IMG/VR virus record: IMGVR_UViG_3300033153_004916
Location: 1 to 61,297 of that record
Source of the DNA: a virus
Lineage: Duplodnaviria; Caudoviricetes
DNA length: 61,297 nt
Reading direction: 5' to 3' (one strand)
Shown here: piece by piece, positions 1 through 8,334 of the stretch
Layout of the letters: every line of letters starts with the position of its first letter
How positions within the stretch are numbered: the stretch's first letter is position 1
The notes under the pieces: model-generated
Told to the model about the DNA's origin: nothing
The model's database searches: none
What the model saw: only the letters and a program-made list of their open reading frames with translations
Made by a program: the position numbers and the translations under genes

Positions 1-678
1 GTCCGCAACGGCTGTTGCCGTTGCCACACAATCGTTATCATAATCTACTAGAGATATCGTTGGCACATCTGGATATGCTTCCGAGAATGCAAGTGTCGCT
101 TTAACCGTATCGCCACCAAACGCGGCAATAAGCGCATGTGGGATTGTGCCTTTCGCTTCGCCGCTGAATCCCCACGCCTGTTCTCTAGTAGAAACTGCGT
201 CGCATCCAGCAATATGCGCGGCGTATCCATCTGTCCGTTGCATTAGATGGTGATCGAAGCGCGCTGGAAAGAAATACACAGGCTTTCCGTTTGCGGCGCT
301 TACGACACGCGATGCATTTGTGCATACTCTTGTTGCGCGTGCCAATATTCCAAGGTAAACGGTTTCCAAATGCGCAAACATAGAAAAGTCGCCCTCGATA
401 GTCATAACTGTTTCGTATGGCGCTATTTTATCACCATCACACAAAGTCTTGACGGTAAGCTCGTTTGGATCCTTAATGCAATCGCTAAGTAGTCCGAGAG
501 CTTCATCGATTCCGCACAGAACCGCATGCTTCTTTTGAAATACTTGCATTTTGACATGCGTATCCATTCCATTGTTTATCATAATCTGGCGCGTTCTATT
601 GAAATATTCGTCAGAATAATCTTCAATTATATCTGCTACGCTTATTATCGATTTCCATTTCTCTATGTCATGCGTCAT
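1..678 (-). CDS. pncB: Nicotinate phosphoribosyltransferase (3'-truncated by window edge; absent from ORF track)
   Basis: Manual translation from ATG 678 (SD AGGAGG): YSDEYFNRT..MQVFQKKHAVLCGIDEA..EGDFSMFAHLETVYLGILARAT..FFPARFDH..DGYAAHIAG..GTIPHALIAAFGGDT..LVDYDND; frame open to base 1. Confidence 0.85.
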   Translation of the reverse strand, partial: MTHDIEKWKSIISVADIIEDYSDEYFNRTRQIMINNGMDTHVKMQVFQKKHAVLCGIDEALGLLSDCIKDPNELTVKTLCDGDKIAPYETVMTIEGDFSMFAHLETVYLGILARATRVCTNASRVVSAANGKPVYFFPARFDHHLMQRTDGYAAHIAGCDAVSTREQAWGFSGEAKGTIPHALIAAFGGDTVKATLAFSEAYPDVPTISLVDYDNDCVATATAVAD

Positions 679-679
679 T

Positions 680-1387
680 TTATTCCTCCTTTAAAAACTT
701 TTCAATGTAATCGCGATTCTTTGTAAATATAGGAATGTGATTGTCGATTCTCCATGTCCAATGCACTGTTTTATCTGGCGCTTTAACAATACAACGCCCA
801 CGTTTGAGATCCGTTGGAAGATATTCCCAATCTACTTCTCTTTCATGAAGCATATCGAGAATTTCCATGTTATTTTTATTTTGAATTTCGGTGTGCGAAA
901 AGTATTTTCTTGCTTGCATTTGGACAGAGTTTCTCGCCCAATCATGTTGGCGCCATATGAAATAGTTCGCAACTTCCGATTCGGGAATGGCAAATATTCG
1001 CGAATCGAACATCATTTTTCGTGATGGCATAACAACATCTCGACACCATTGATTTGCCGCCATAGTTGCACACGCGGCTGATATGGATGCTAATTTCTGA
1101 ATGCCGCGCCCAAACATCTCATCGCGCGTATGATGATTCTTAATCAGAAGCGAAACTTCGTCGCTTTGAATATAAGCAATGCGCGCTGAACTGAATTCTT
1201 TCGCTAACGCAAATCCAACTTCGTTCATTATACTAATTATTCTACTATCAAAGGTCTCCATTCCACGCGTCAATGTATGAAATGCGCGCCCATCAACGCG
1301 AATAATCCAGCACGAATTGGGTGGTAACTTATAGCGATAAACATCTTCGAACATTTTCATTCGTTCGCCTAAACTATCATTGATCAT
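680..1387 (-). CDS. thg1: tRNA(His) guanylyltransferase Thg1-like 3'-5' polymerase
   Basis: RMKMFE, IIRVDGRAFH, YIQSDEVSL, FDSR, YFIWRQ..RNS motifs; start moved to ATG 1387 with GGAGG SD. Confidence 0.93.
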   Translation of the reverse strand: MINDSLGERMKMFEDVYRYKLPPNSCWIIRVDGRAFHTLTRGMETFDSRIISIMNEVGFALAKEFSSARIAYIQSDEVSLLIKNHHTRDEMFGRGIQKLASISAACATMAANQWCRDVVMPSRKMMFDSRIFAIPESEVANYFIWRQHDWARNSVQMQARKYFSHTEIQNKNNMEILDMLHEREVDWEYLPTDLKRGRCIVKAPDKTVHWTWRIDNHIPIFTKNRDYIEKFLKEE

Positions 1388-1481
1388 CCATTTTCCTCCC
1401 AGCGTAGATTCTGATAAATATTGTTCCCGCCACACCTGAGATTAATCCCAGGAAGTAATATAGCGTTTCTGCCTCAGTCAT
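1377..1481 (-). CDS. 34-aa single-pass membrane microprotein
   Basis: MTEAETLYYFLGLISGVAGTIFIRIYAGRKMDDQ; fills the gap and overlaps both neighbours. Confidence 0.5.
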   Translation of the reverse strand: MTEAETLYYFLGLISGVAGTIFIRIYAGRKMDDQ

Positions 1482-1656
1482 TTTTATCCCTCGAATGGTG
1501 TATAATACGCAATTTATTATCTGTCATAACACATTTGCGGTCGCCATAAAAGAATAATGTAATTGTTGATGTATTATCCACATAATCCAAATTGGTTTCC
1601 GTTTTTAACAAATCGCACATTATCCAGCGAAATAATCTCCATTTGATTTCATTCAT
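1474..1656 (-). CDS. Hypothetical protein
   Basis: Coupled ORF in operon (ATGA overlap, GAGGTG SD). Confidence 0.55.
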   Translation of the reverse strand: MNEIKWRLFRWIMCDLLKTETNLDYVDNTSTITLFFYGDRKCVMTDNKLRIIHHSRDKND

Positions 1657-1979
1657 ATTTCCACCTCATATGGATATTCGTGAATGAATTTTTGCGCCGC
1701 CGAAATCGCCAATTGCATTTCGTGATGCATAGCCCAATATTTTTCAAATGAAAGTTGCATAGAACCATTCATAGAAATGTGAACGTTAGTATTTCCTCTT
1801 CGTGTTACGCCAGATGTGTAATGACTATGCTCATATCCATCTTCTGCGACAATTATAAACAATCGATTCCACCATTTACTAAAGCGTAGCACAACAAAAA
1901 TCGCGCCATTACTAGCTTCGCGTATTTCCGCAGGCGTATCGCTAAATTTAGTTCTTTTCATCAGTTTTCCTTTGGACAT
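1653..1979 (-). CDS. Hypothetical protein
   Basis: Tightly packed ORF with GAGGTGA SD. Confidence 0.65.
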   Translation of the reverse strand: MSKGKLMKRTKFSDTPAEIREASNGAIFVVLRFSKWWNRLFIIVAEDGYEHSHYTSGVTRRGNTNVHISMNGSMQLSFEKYWAMHHEMQLAISAAQKFIHEYPYEVEI

Positions 1980-2174
1980 CTATTTCACCTCTGGCTGAGC
2001 TTGTTCGTTTGGTACATTTCCCAACACCTCTTTTGCCAAGCACCTGAAGGTCAAATCTTCCACCGAAGATGTTAAGCCACTCCATATATCGCTAAAGACA
2101 TCCTGAATGGTGCAATCGCCATCGAATTTACAATCGTGGCACGGCATCTTTCTGGTTAGTGAATTAACAAACAT
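1980..2174 (-). CDS. Small Cys-rich protein
   Basis: CHDC..C..C; packed in operon. Confidence 0.6.
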   Translation of the reverse strand: MFVNSLTRKMPCHDCKFDGDCTIQDVFSDIWSGLTSSVEDLTFRCLAKEVLGNVPNEQAQPEVK

Positions 2175-2442
2175 TTACTCCACCACCATAATCCTCATTG
2201 CTTACCAGATGGATGTCTTTCAACTCTGCAAACTTGTGACCAAACTCGTCTCTGAACAGTTCAAGTGCATGGGCTTTATCGTTCTCGTCTAGGTTTGTCT
2301 GGTCTATTATGTTACCATTTTTGTCCGTCAGAGTGAAGACATAGTTGGGTTCAACCTCTGGCTGGGATTGTTTGTCTTTGGAATCATGGTTTTTCCTTCT
2401 TAACAATCCCGCTATATATTTTGCACTTACATGAGTTCCCAT
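2164..2442 (-). CDS. Hypothetical protein
   Basis: Packed ORF in operon. Confidence 0.6.
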   Translation of the reverse strand: MGTHVSAKYIAGLLRRKNHDSKDKQSQPEVEPNYVFTLTDKNGNIIDQTNLDENDKAHALELFRDEFGHKFAELKDIHLVSNEDYGGGVNVC

Positions 2443-2445
2443 AAT

Positions 2446-2592
2446 CTACGCACCACCCTTAGTCTCTGGCTGACCTTGTTTGGATTCTTGTTTTACCTTT
2501 GCCAGTATTCTATATTTCTCTCGACAGAAATAACAGCCGAGATGAGTTCTACTATATTGCCACGAACAATTATCACATTTATTTATTCCCAT
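2446..2592 (-). CDS. 48-aa CxxC-CxxC microprotein (not in ORF track)
   Basis: MGINKCDNC..CYFCREKY..KQGQPETKGGA; SD GAGGTGA. Confidence 0.6.
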   Translation of the reverse strand: MGINKCDNCSWQYSRTHLGCYFCREKYRILAKVKQESKQGQPETKGGA

Positions 2593-2612
2593 CTATTTCA
2601 CCTCATACATTT

Positions 2613-2963
2613 CTATATAATGTTCCCCATCATATCCACCCGCCGAAAGATTATATGTTTTACCATCTTTTTAATATCTATACAATCAAGTTCATTTTTA
2701 TCGGGATAATTCGGACTTTCAAACGCGAAATCGATAATGACAGCGCCAACTATTTTATCGCTTATCTCTTTATGCAGTCTTTTATTTTTCTCTTCTCTTT
2801 CTTTACGCGAATTAATTTGATTACATTTGAAACATCTTTTCATCCCTTCTCTATATTCTTGCTCCTCTCCACATTCGGGACATTTAAAATATGTTCTCTC
2901 GAATGTTTTAGTATATGTTTTAACATCTGGATCCGTTCTTATTGGCACTTTTCCACCTCCCAA
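2613..2963 (-). CDS. Zinc-ribbon protein
   Basis: CPECG..CFKC. Confidence 0.65.
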   Translation of the reverse strand: MGGGKVPIRTDPDVKTYTKTFERTYFKCPECGEEQEYREGMKRCFKCNQINSRKEREEKNKRLHKEISDKIVGAVIIDFAFESPNYPDKNELDCIDIKKMVKHIIFRRVDMMGNII

Positions 2964-3364
2964 TTAACATAATCTTCGCCGCGCTCAATGTCGGCCAAAT
3001 CTGCGCGCATTTTCGCAACGAGTTTCTCGCGCAATTCTTCGTATTCATCGCGATCCGAATTGCTAAATAATATTCGCAAAATGCGCATCGAAGAATCTTC
3101 ATCAAGGGCAATTGCGCACATTTCTACTTCTTTAAGTCTGCAAAACTGACAATCTTCTTTTTTATCATGATCTATAGTATAAGATATAAGACTTGATATT
3201 CTGCAATATCCACAAGATTGCCATAGTTCCCACTTCCAATGCATCCCGCGATCGCCTACCGTTAAACATTTTTCAAGCGCATCGTATGTTCCATAAGTTG
3301 TCCATTTTTCGATAGACTCTTCAATTTCTTCTATTATTTCTTCTTTGGTCGGCATTTCGTTCAT
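2939..3364 (-). CDS. Hypothetical Cys-containing protein
   Basis: CGYC..CQFC..C; coupled to the PolX stop. Confidence 0.65.
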   Translation of the reverse strand: MNEMPTKEEIIEEIEESIEKWTTYGTYDALEKCLTVGDRGMHWKWELWQSCGYCRISSLISYTIDHDKKEDCQFCRLKEVEMCAIALDEDSSMRILRILFSNSDRDEYEELREKLVAKMRADLADIERGEDYVNWEVEKCQ

Positions 3365-3819
3365 TAATAATCACGCTCCCGTGGTTCTTTCCATTTGAAA
3401 TTGATTTTCGCGAAAATATCTTTTTCGCTCGTGACTTCTATAAGTTCCCCACCGCGCCACAATCCATACTGATTGAGTTTCAAGCCCATACCCTTCGCCT
3501 TGCGCCGCATCCACACATTAAGCTTCGCGGACCCCGTAGCAAACAATATCGCTGGCCAGAATTCGCGATCAGCAATCGGCCAAATATCAATATGAACAAT
3601 GTGTTCTCCAACATGAATATCGCGATTAATGTGCTTATGAAATAGTTCCGACTCTTCTGGAAACACAACGACAATGTCCACATCGCCGATCAGCTCGCAC
3701 TCGCGCCGCAATGAACCACAGACCATATGTCTAAGATTATATGGTGTGATGTATTTTTCGATGAACTTGTCAGCGCCTTGCTGTGCGATTTCTCTGGATA
3801 TCTTTTCTCCTTTGCTCAT
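3364..3819 (-). CDS. polX: Minimal DNA polymerase X (palm and C-terminal subdomains only)
   Basis: CGSLRR..GDVDIVV, third Asp in HIDIW, FATGS..N..MR..AK..GLKLNQYGL, SEKDIF..EPRER. Confidence 0.9.
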   Translation of the reverse strand: MSKGEKISREIAQQGADKFIEKYITPYNLRHMVCGSLRRECELIGDVDIVVVFPEESELFHKHINRDIHVGEHIVHIDIWPIADREFWPAILFATGSAKLNVWMRRKAKGMGLKLNQYGLWRGGELIEVTSEKDIFAKINFKWKEPRERDY

Positions 3820-4164
3820 TTAATCACCCGTTTGAATTTCATATCCACATTTGCGCGCACATTCAACGACATCGTTCCAATCACAAACGCCATCATATTC
3901 ACCACCGATTTCGTCATTGAATAATACAATGCCATCTACGCTAAAACTAATACAACCCCAACGATAACGCACATAAACATCTGCGCCATTAGCAAGTTTT
4001 CCGCTCCATTGTGTTGGACACGCGTCGCAAGTCTGTTTTAATTTAATTATTCTTATTATTTTCATTCTATCACCTGTACAACATTTTTCCGCCATTTCAT
4101 GCGAAAAATATCGCTGCCCACATTGCCCGCACTCCCACTTTGTAATTCTCTTTGCGTTTACCAT
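3820..4164 (-). CDS. Hypothetical viral protein
   Basis: CGQC N-terminus; TCDACPTQWSG..VYVRYRWG; packed ORF. Confidence 0.65.
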   Translation of the reverse strand: MVNAKRITKWECGQCGQRYFSHEMAEKCCTGDRMKIIRIIKLKQTCDACPTQWSGKLANGADVYVRYRWGCISFSVDGIVLFNDEIGGEYDGVCDWNDVVECARKCGYEIQTGD

Positions 4165-4168
4165 CTAT

Positions 4169-4423
4169 TCACCACCATTCTGGTAATAATATTTCATCTG
4201 TATCGTTAAGTGTGCGTTCAAGTGCGCGCATCTCGGGTTCCAACATTCTCAATGTTCGCGCCTGTGCGACTTTATATCCTATCGCATATCCCATGAAAAA
4301 CGATTTGCGTGACGATTCCTTTGTTTTATCTGGTTGTCGCCGAAACAAATGCGCTATCATTGCAGTTTGACGCAAAACATATATTGCTTCCTTTGAATTT
4401 AATCCTCTATATGCTTCAAACAT
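4169..4423 (-). CDS. Hypothetical protein
   Basis: Packed ORF, GAGG SD. Confidence 0.6.
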   Translation of the reverse strand: MFEAYRGLNSKEAIYVLRQTAMIAHLFRRQPDKTKESSRKSFFMGYAIGYKVAQARTLRMLEPEMRALERTLNDTDEILLPEWW

Positions 4424-4820
4424 TCAAGTCCTCCTCTAAATCATCTATTTGATCGTGAAGTTCGCGCACACATTTCTCGCATGTAAATGCGCTTTTAGTC
4501 GCCGCCCACCCTATCACATCACCGCACTCATCACATACGACTTCTTTTTGCGCGCTATTGCAATGCGCCACCGCGTCCTCATATCCCACCTCAACGCGAA
4601 TATAATGCGCGCCACAATATGGACAGAATTTCTTCTCTGGGTCATATCCTAGCATACTCGTCATAACTTGACCGCACATCGAACATATAATCGAATGTCT
4701 TGGACGATGCTCAGGCTTTACTATTCGGCGCCCATATGCATGATGCGCATCTTTATATATTTCTGTTGTAAATATGCGATCACATATTCCGCTTAAATTC
4801 GCAATTTCATCGCCGGCCAT
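4416..4820 (-). CDS. Double zinc-ribbon protein
   Basis: CSMC..CPYC, CDEC..CEKC; AGGAGG SD. Confidence 0.7.
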   Translation of the reverse strand: MAGDEIANLSGICDRIFTTEIYKDAHHAYGRRIVKPEHRPRHSIICSMCGQVMTSMLGYDPEKKFCPYCGAHYIRVEVGYEDAVAHCNSAQKEVVCDECGDVIGWAATKSAFTCEKCVRELHDQIDDLEEDLNV

Positions 4821-4990
4821 AAACGTCCCTCCTTATATGTATAACATATATAGCATATACGCGAAGCATATGCCCTCCTCATATGCTATGCATTTAGCGC
4901 TACTAGCACAGTAGACTACTATAAGACGCGCATATAATGCAAATCGTATAGCATAACATAAAGCATAACATATCGCGAAACGTATCGCGT

Positions 4991-5278
4991 TTAATAGTTT
5001 GTCATTTTAGATGTTACATATATAGCGTAGGATTTTTCGTTGGAACTATTGATAAGGTACGCGAATTCGGACCAGGCCATTTTGCGCTTGCCGACTACCC
5101 AGCGGCCATTCTCAATGTGAACGTATTCCCATTCGTAGCGCTGGCTCGGCTTTTTGCGTGCCACTGTGAAATTTTTCACGCCCATTGGATTCCCAGATGG
5201 CGCGGCTTCTGGCGCCGAAGTGGGCTTATCCGTTTTCTGCTTCGCAATCCGCGCCGCAACTGCATTCGAGAGTTCCAT
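4991..5278 (-). CDS. Hypothetical basic protein
   Basis: Probable start MELSNAVAARI downstream of GAGG. Confidence 0.5.
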   Translation of the reverse strand: MELSNAVAARIAKQKTDKPTSAPEAAPSGNPMGVKNFTVARKKPSQRYEWEYVHIENGRWVVGKRKMAWSEFAYLINSSNEKSYAIYVTSKMTNY

Positions 5279-5606
5279 TGTTTTCTGCCTCCTCTGCTGC
5301 CTTTTTGGCTGCCTTTTCTGCTTGGCGCATAAACCACGGTCTAGCATCAGCAAACTGCGCCATCGCGAGAAGTTCGCCATCATCTAAATCTGCGACGAAC
5401 CTTATCGGCAAGACTATCTCGTTGTGTTGTGTGAGAACTTCTCCGCAAACGCGACAACCTTTGATCCAATCGCCGGCGCCGTGGCCGTATGTCTGCAAGT
5501 CTCCTTTGCGCATTCCTCTGCGCAGGTTCGCTAGTTTCTTGTTGCATTTTGGACACCTTAGTTTTTTCGTATTCTCATTCTGATCTTTATTCCTTCTTTT
5601 CGACAT
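5226..5606 (-). CDS. Zinc-finger protein
   Basis: CPKC..CRVC; GGAGG SD. Confidence 0.65.
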   Translation of the reverse strand: MSKRRNKDQNENTKKLRCPKCNKKLANLRRGMRKGDLQTYGHGAGDWIKGCRVCGEVLTQHNEIVLPIRFVADLDDGELLAMAQFADARPWFMRQAEKAAKKAAEEAENNGTLECSCGADCEAENG

Positions 5607-5961
5607 CTTTCTTTTCCTCCTGTGAAATTATCATCTTTGTATTGAATGGAATTTTAAACCACGAATCATTAACAAGCGCAAGTGCCCATATGTTTAAAGC
5701 GTGCACTCCTTTTTCTGTATATTCTTCCTGAAACCAAAGAACCGCCTTTGGTGTATAATCATCGCAATGACTAAAATATCCACCATGTTTTAATTTATCT
5801 TTGCATATTAGGCGCGCTTCTTGGTATCCTAATAAAGGACTCTCCATAAATGGAAATTTTACATCTAATTCTTCCCATTCTTTATTTGCAAGCGCGATTC
5901 TCTCATTGAGAATCTTATATGCTTTTGTGTTCATAGCGATTACTTCTTCGTCCCATTTCAT
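5587..5961 (-). CDS. Hypothetical protein
   Basis: GGAG SD, packed. Confidence 0.65.
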   Translation of the reverse strand: MKWDEEVIAMNTKAYKILNERIALANKEWEELDVKFPFMESPLLGYQEARLICKDKLKHGGYFSHCDDYTPKAVLWFQEEYTEKGVHALNIWALALVNDSWFKIPFNTKMIISQEEKKDVEKKE

Positions 5962-5973
5962 ATTATCTCCCCA

Positions 5974-6216
5974 TTAATTCTCAACAATATTGAATCTGTA
6001 TTTATCGAACGCGCTTTCGCTTTCGATTATCCCATAAATGATTTCCACATCGACATTCCAACATTGGATTTCAAAATCAAAAGCCGTGAAAGGATAATCT
6101 CTTTCATCGTGAACCGACAAATTCATTTTCATAGTCATTTTATACTTATATAATATTACATAGTTTCCGAAATCATCAGGTTCGTGCATGAAACTTCCGC
6201 GTACATTTTTCTGCAA
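5974..6216 (-). CDS. Hypothetical protein (start uncertain)
   Basis: Packed ORF. Confidence 0.5.
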   Translation of the reverse strand: MQKNVRGSFMHEPDDFGNYVILYKYKMTMKMNLSVHDERDYPFTAFDFEIQCWNVDVEIIYGIIESESAFDKYRFNIVEN

Positions 6217-6415
6217 AAACAGTGCAACATCCGCTATTGTTATTTCGTGAACAGGTTTTTCTTCTATCTGAATATGCGGAATATCTTTTTCTTCGCGTGG
6301 ATGCCAATGACCCCGGGTGTTTTACAATATCCTCTAGTCGTATGCGCGCCGCTTTAAAATCGACACAATGGAAGATCAAATCGCGCACGCCATCATTAAA
6401 TACAAATTTCGGCAT
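6176..6415 (-). CDS. Hypothetical protein
   Basis: GGAG SD; overlaps the next ORF. Confidence 0.45.
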   Translation of the reverse strand: MPKFVFNDGVRDLIFHCVDFKAARIRLEDIVKHPGSLASTRRKRYSAYSDRRKTCSRNNNSGCCTVFAEKCTRKFHART

Positions 6416-6421
6416 AGTTTC

Positions 6422-6700
6422 TCACTCCTGTTCCTGAATTACTTCTATATCCCGCAACATAATCTTTTTCCAGTATTTACGCGGAATTCTCATTATGATC
6501 TGTTCGTATAGTTTATCGTCAACATATTCATCGCTAATGTGATGTATGCGCGCAGGCACATCGAAGCGCTTAAAAAACCTATCAATTATATGACATTGTC
6601 CACATTGAATTTTTCCCTGGTCTTCCCACTCGGTAATTTTCGCAATCGCTACAGTTTCTCCCACGACCACGATTTTCGCGTCAATATGCACAACTCTCAT
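6422..6700 (-). CDS. Hypothetical protein
   Basis: Start MRVVHID with GGAGG SD. Confidence 0.6.
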   Translation of the reverse strand: MRVVHIDAKIVVVGETVAIAKITEWEDQGKIQCGQCHIIDRFFKRFDVPARIHHISDEYVDDKLYEQIIMRIPRKYWKKIMLRDIEVIQEQE

Positions 6701-6840
6701 TGTGAATCCCTCCAGTGATCGTAATAGTAATCGCAGCTTGCACTCGCGCAAGCTGCACAATGACATTCCATATCTGTTCCATCGACTGCATTCCCATCTT
6801 CATGCTCTGATGCTATCCATTCGCTATCTTCTGCGTTCAT
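6697..6840 (-). CDS. Small acidic Cys-rich protein
   Basis: MNAEDSEW..CHCAAC; GAGGCGA SD, ATGA overlap. Confidence 0.5.
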   Translation of the reverse strand: MNAEDSEWIASEHEDGNAVDGTDMECHCAACASASCDYYYDHWRDSQ

Positions 6841-6850
6841 TTTTATCGCC

Positions 6851-7273
6851 TCAAATTTTTCCAATAACGCGCATTTTGCGCCCAACTATAACATCGAAAA
6901 ATACATGGTTTTCTTTATCCCACATAAGATAGTCGCTCATTTTTTGGCGCCCAATAGCCGTTATTTGTGTCAATTCTACTTCGACAACAACATCCTCCGA
7001 AAATGTTCGTCTTGAAAATTCGCGCGCATCGTCTAAATTAAGAAATGCGTGAAACCCACATTTATATGATGGCGAATGATATCCATTTTCGTTTTCGAAC
7101 ATATCACGAGAAAGAATGTATTTTTTTGTATCAACATATGTCTCGCCGATTTTTATTATTATTCCAGCGCGCCATATTTCGAATCCTTTATCGCATTGAG
7201 ATAATACTTTATATGCAATTATCTTTTGCAGCGATCCGCGCACCCATTGTTTTTTAATATCATATAAGCACAT
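6851..7273 (-). CDS. Hypothetical viral protein
   Basis: MCL..AYKV..GFHAFLNLDDA; packed. Confidence 0.65.
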   Translation of the reverse strand: MCLYDIKKQWVRGSLQKIIAYKVLSQCDKGFEIWRAGIIIKIGETYVDTKKYILSRDMFENENGYHSPSYKCGFHAFLNLDDAREFSRRTFSEDVVVEVELTQITAIGRQKMSDYLMWDKENHVFFDVIVGRKMRVIGKI

Positions 7274-7444
7274 TTAATCCACATCCACAGTTATATCAAT
7301 TCTATGCACGATTCTTCGGAGAACGCCAGCGACCGCGCGATCAAAATCTATGCTTTCTCGCGACTGTCCTGGTTCCCATACTTCCAATGTGTCAGCCTCC
7401 ATTTCAAAGGCGGACATTATTGCTCTTTTATCTTCAATTTTCAT
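7274..7444 (-). CDS. 56-aa hypothetical protein (not in ORF track)
   Basis: MKIEDKRAIMSAFEMEAD..; AAGGAG SD; abuts next gene. Confidence 0.6.
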   Translation of the reverse strand: MKIEDKRAIMSAFEMEADTLEVWEPGQSRESIDFDRAVAGVLRRIVHRIDITVDVD

Positions 7445-7464
7445 AGTTATTTCTCCTTCGTTCT

Positions 7465-7515
7465 AATTATGGCGGCAGCGCGCTAGCTCATCACTCCGCT
7501 ACTACTATCGCCATT
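7465..7515 (-). other. Intergenic bulge-helix-bulge RNA motif 1
   Basis: Minus strand AAT-GGCG-ATA-GTAG...CTGC-CGCC-ATA-ATT. Confidence 0.6.
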
Positions 7516-7534
7516 CCGACTATCTGCGCTGGAT

Positions 7535-7774
7535 CTAGTCGCTACTTGATACATGTCCACGACCAAATACAAATCCTATCGCAAGCCCAATCAAAACCTT
7601 CGTCCAGAATCCATATGTGGGCCAGATTCCAAATATCATTCCTACGAGCCATAGCGCGATTGCGCCAGTTAACCAGCATGCAAATATTACGACCATAATA
7701 ATTGCTACCACAATTACAATTCCGGCCGCTCCAATGTCAGCGTCTCCTTTGTTATTCATTTTCATTTTCATCAC
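7535..7774 (-). CDS. Small membrane protein
   Basis: Two to three hydrophobic segments. Confidence 0.7.
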   Translation of the reverse strand: MMKMKMNNKGDADIGAAGIVIVVAIIMVVIFACWLTGAIALWLVGMIFGIWPTYGFWTKVLIGLAIGFVFGRGHVSSSD

Positions 7775-7985
7775 CGTCCTCGGCGTCCCAAGCCGTAATT
7801 TTATCCAGGGTCTCTTTCAGCAGCGTATTCAAGCGCTTGTTCTTCTTCACCAATGCCGCGTTCTTTTCCTGAAGGGTCATTATTGCGGTTTCTAAACCAT
7901 TAATGATATTCTGATCTTCATTAAAGGCGTCTTTCACAGCTTTAAACGCATTTTCTTGCGATTCTCGTATTTCTTTTTTCTCCAT
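7752..7985 (-). CDS. Coiled-coil protein
   Basis: Heptad pattern LQEKNAALVKKNKRLNTLL. Confidence 0.65.
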   Translation of the reverse strand: MEKKEIRESQENAFKAVKDAFNEDQNIINGLETAIMTLQEKNAALVKKNKRLNTLLKETLDKITAWDAEDGDENENE

Positions 7986-7986
7986 C

Positions 7987-8238
7987 TTATATTCCTTCGA
8001 ATGTTTCTTCTATAATCTGTTTATTATCGCGTATTACATATTTTCCACGAGAAGTTTTACATACAAATCCGCGCCGTAACAAAATATTCAAAGAATTTCT
8101 GATTTGATTATATGATATATCAATTATCTTTGACATTTCAAGGGCGGTTATTTTCTTGTTTTCAGAGATGTATGTAATTATTACGCCTAATGATGGTGAT
8201 AATCTTTCTTCGCGCGGAGAATATGGATATTTGGTCAT
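7987..8238 (-). CDS. Winged helix-turn-helix DNA-binding protein
   Basis: TALEMSKIIDISYNQIRNSLNILLRRGFV..RGKYVI. Confidence 0.75.
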   Translation of the reverse strand: MTKYPYSPREERLSPSLGVIITYISENKKITALEMSKIIDISYNQIRNSLNILLRRGFVCKTSRGKYVIRDNKQIIEETFEGI

Positions 8239-8316
8239 TTACCATCGCCTCACACACGTTGAGATTCCACGCTCTAAACGCAGCGAGGGATATTCGAAAT
8301 CTTCTCGTTCTATCAT
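8239..8316 (-). CDS. 25-aa microprotein
   Basis: MIEREDFEYPSLRLERGISTCVRRW; strong AGGAGG SD; TAA abuts next ATG. Confidence 0.45.
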   Translation of the reverse strand: MIEREDFEYPSLRLERGISTCVRRW

Positions 8317-8334
8317 TTTATGTCCTCCTTGTAT

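Noticed and set aside
48-726. Short ORF-track ORFs at the window start
   Set aside because: Shadows of the pncB frame
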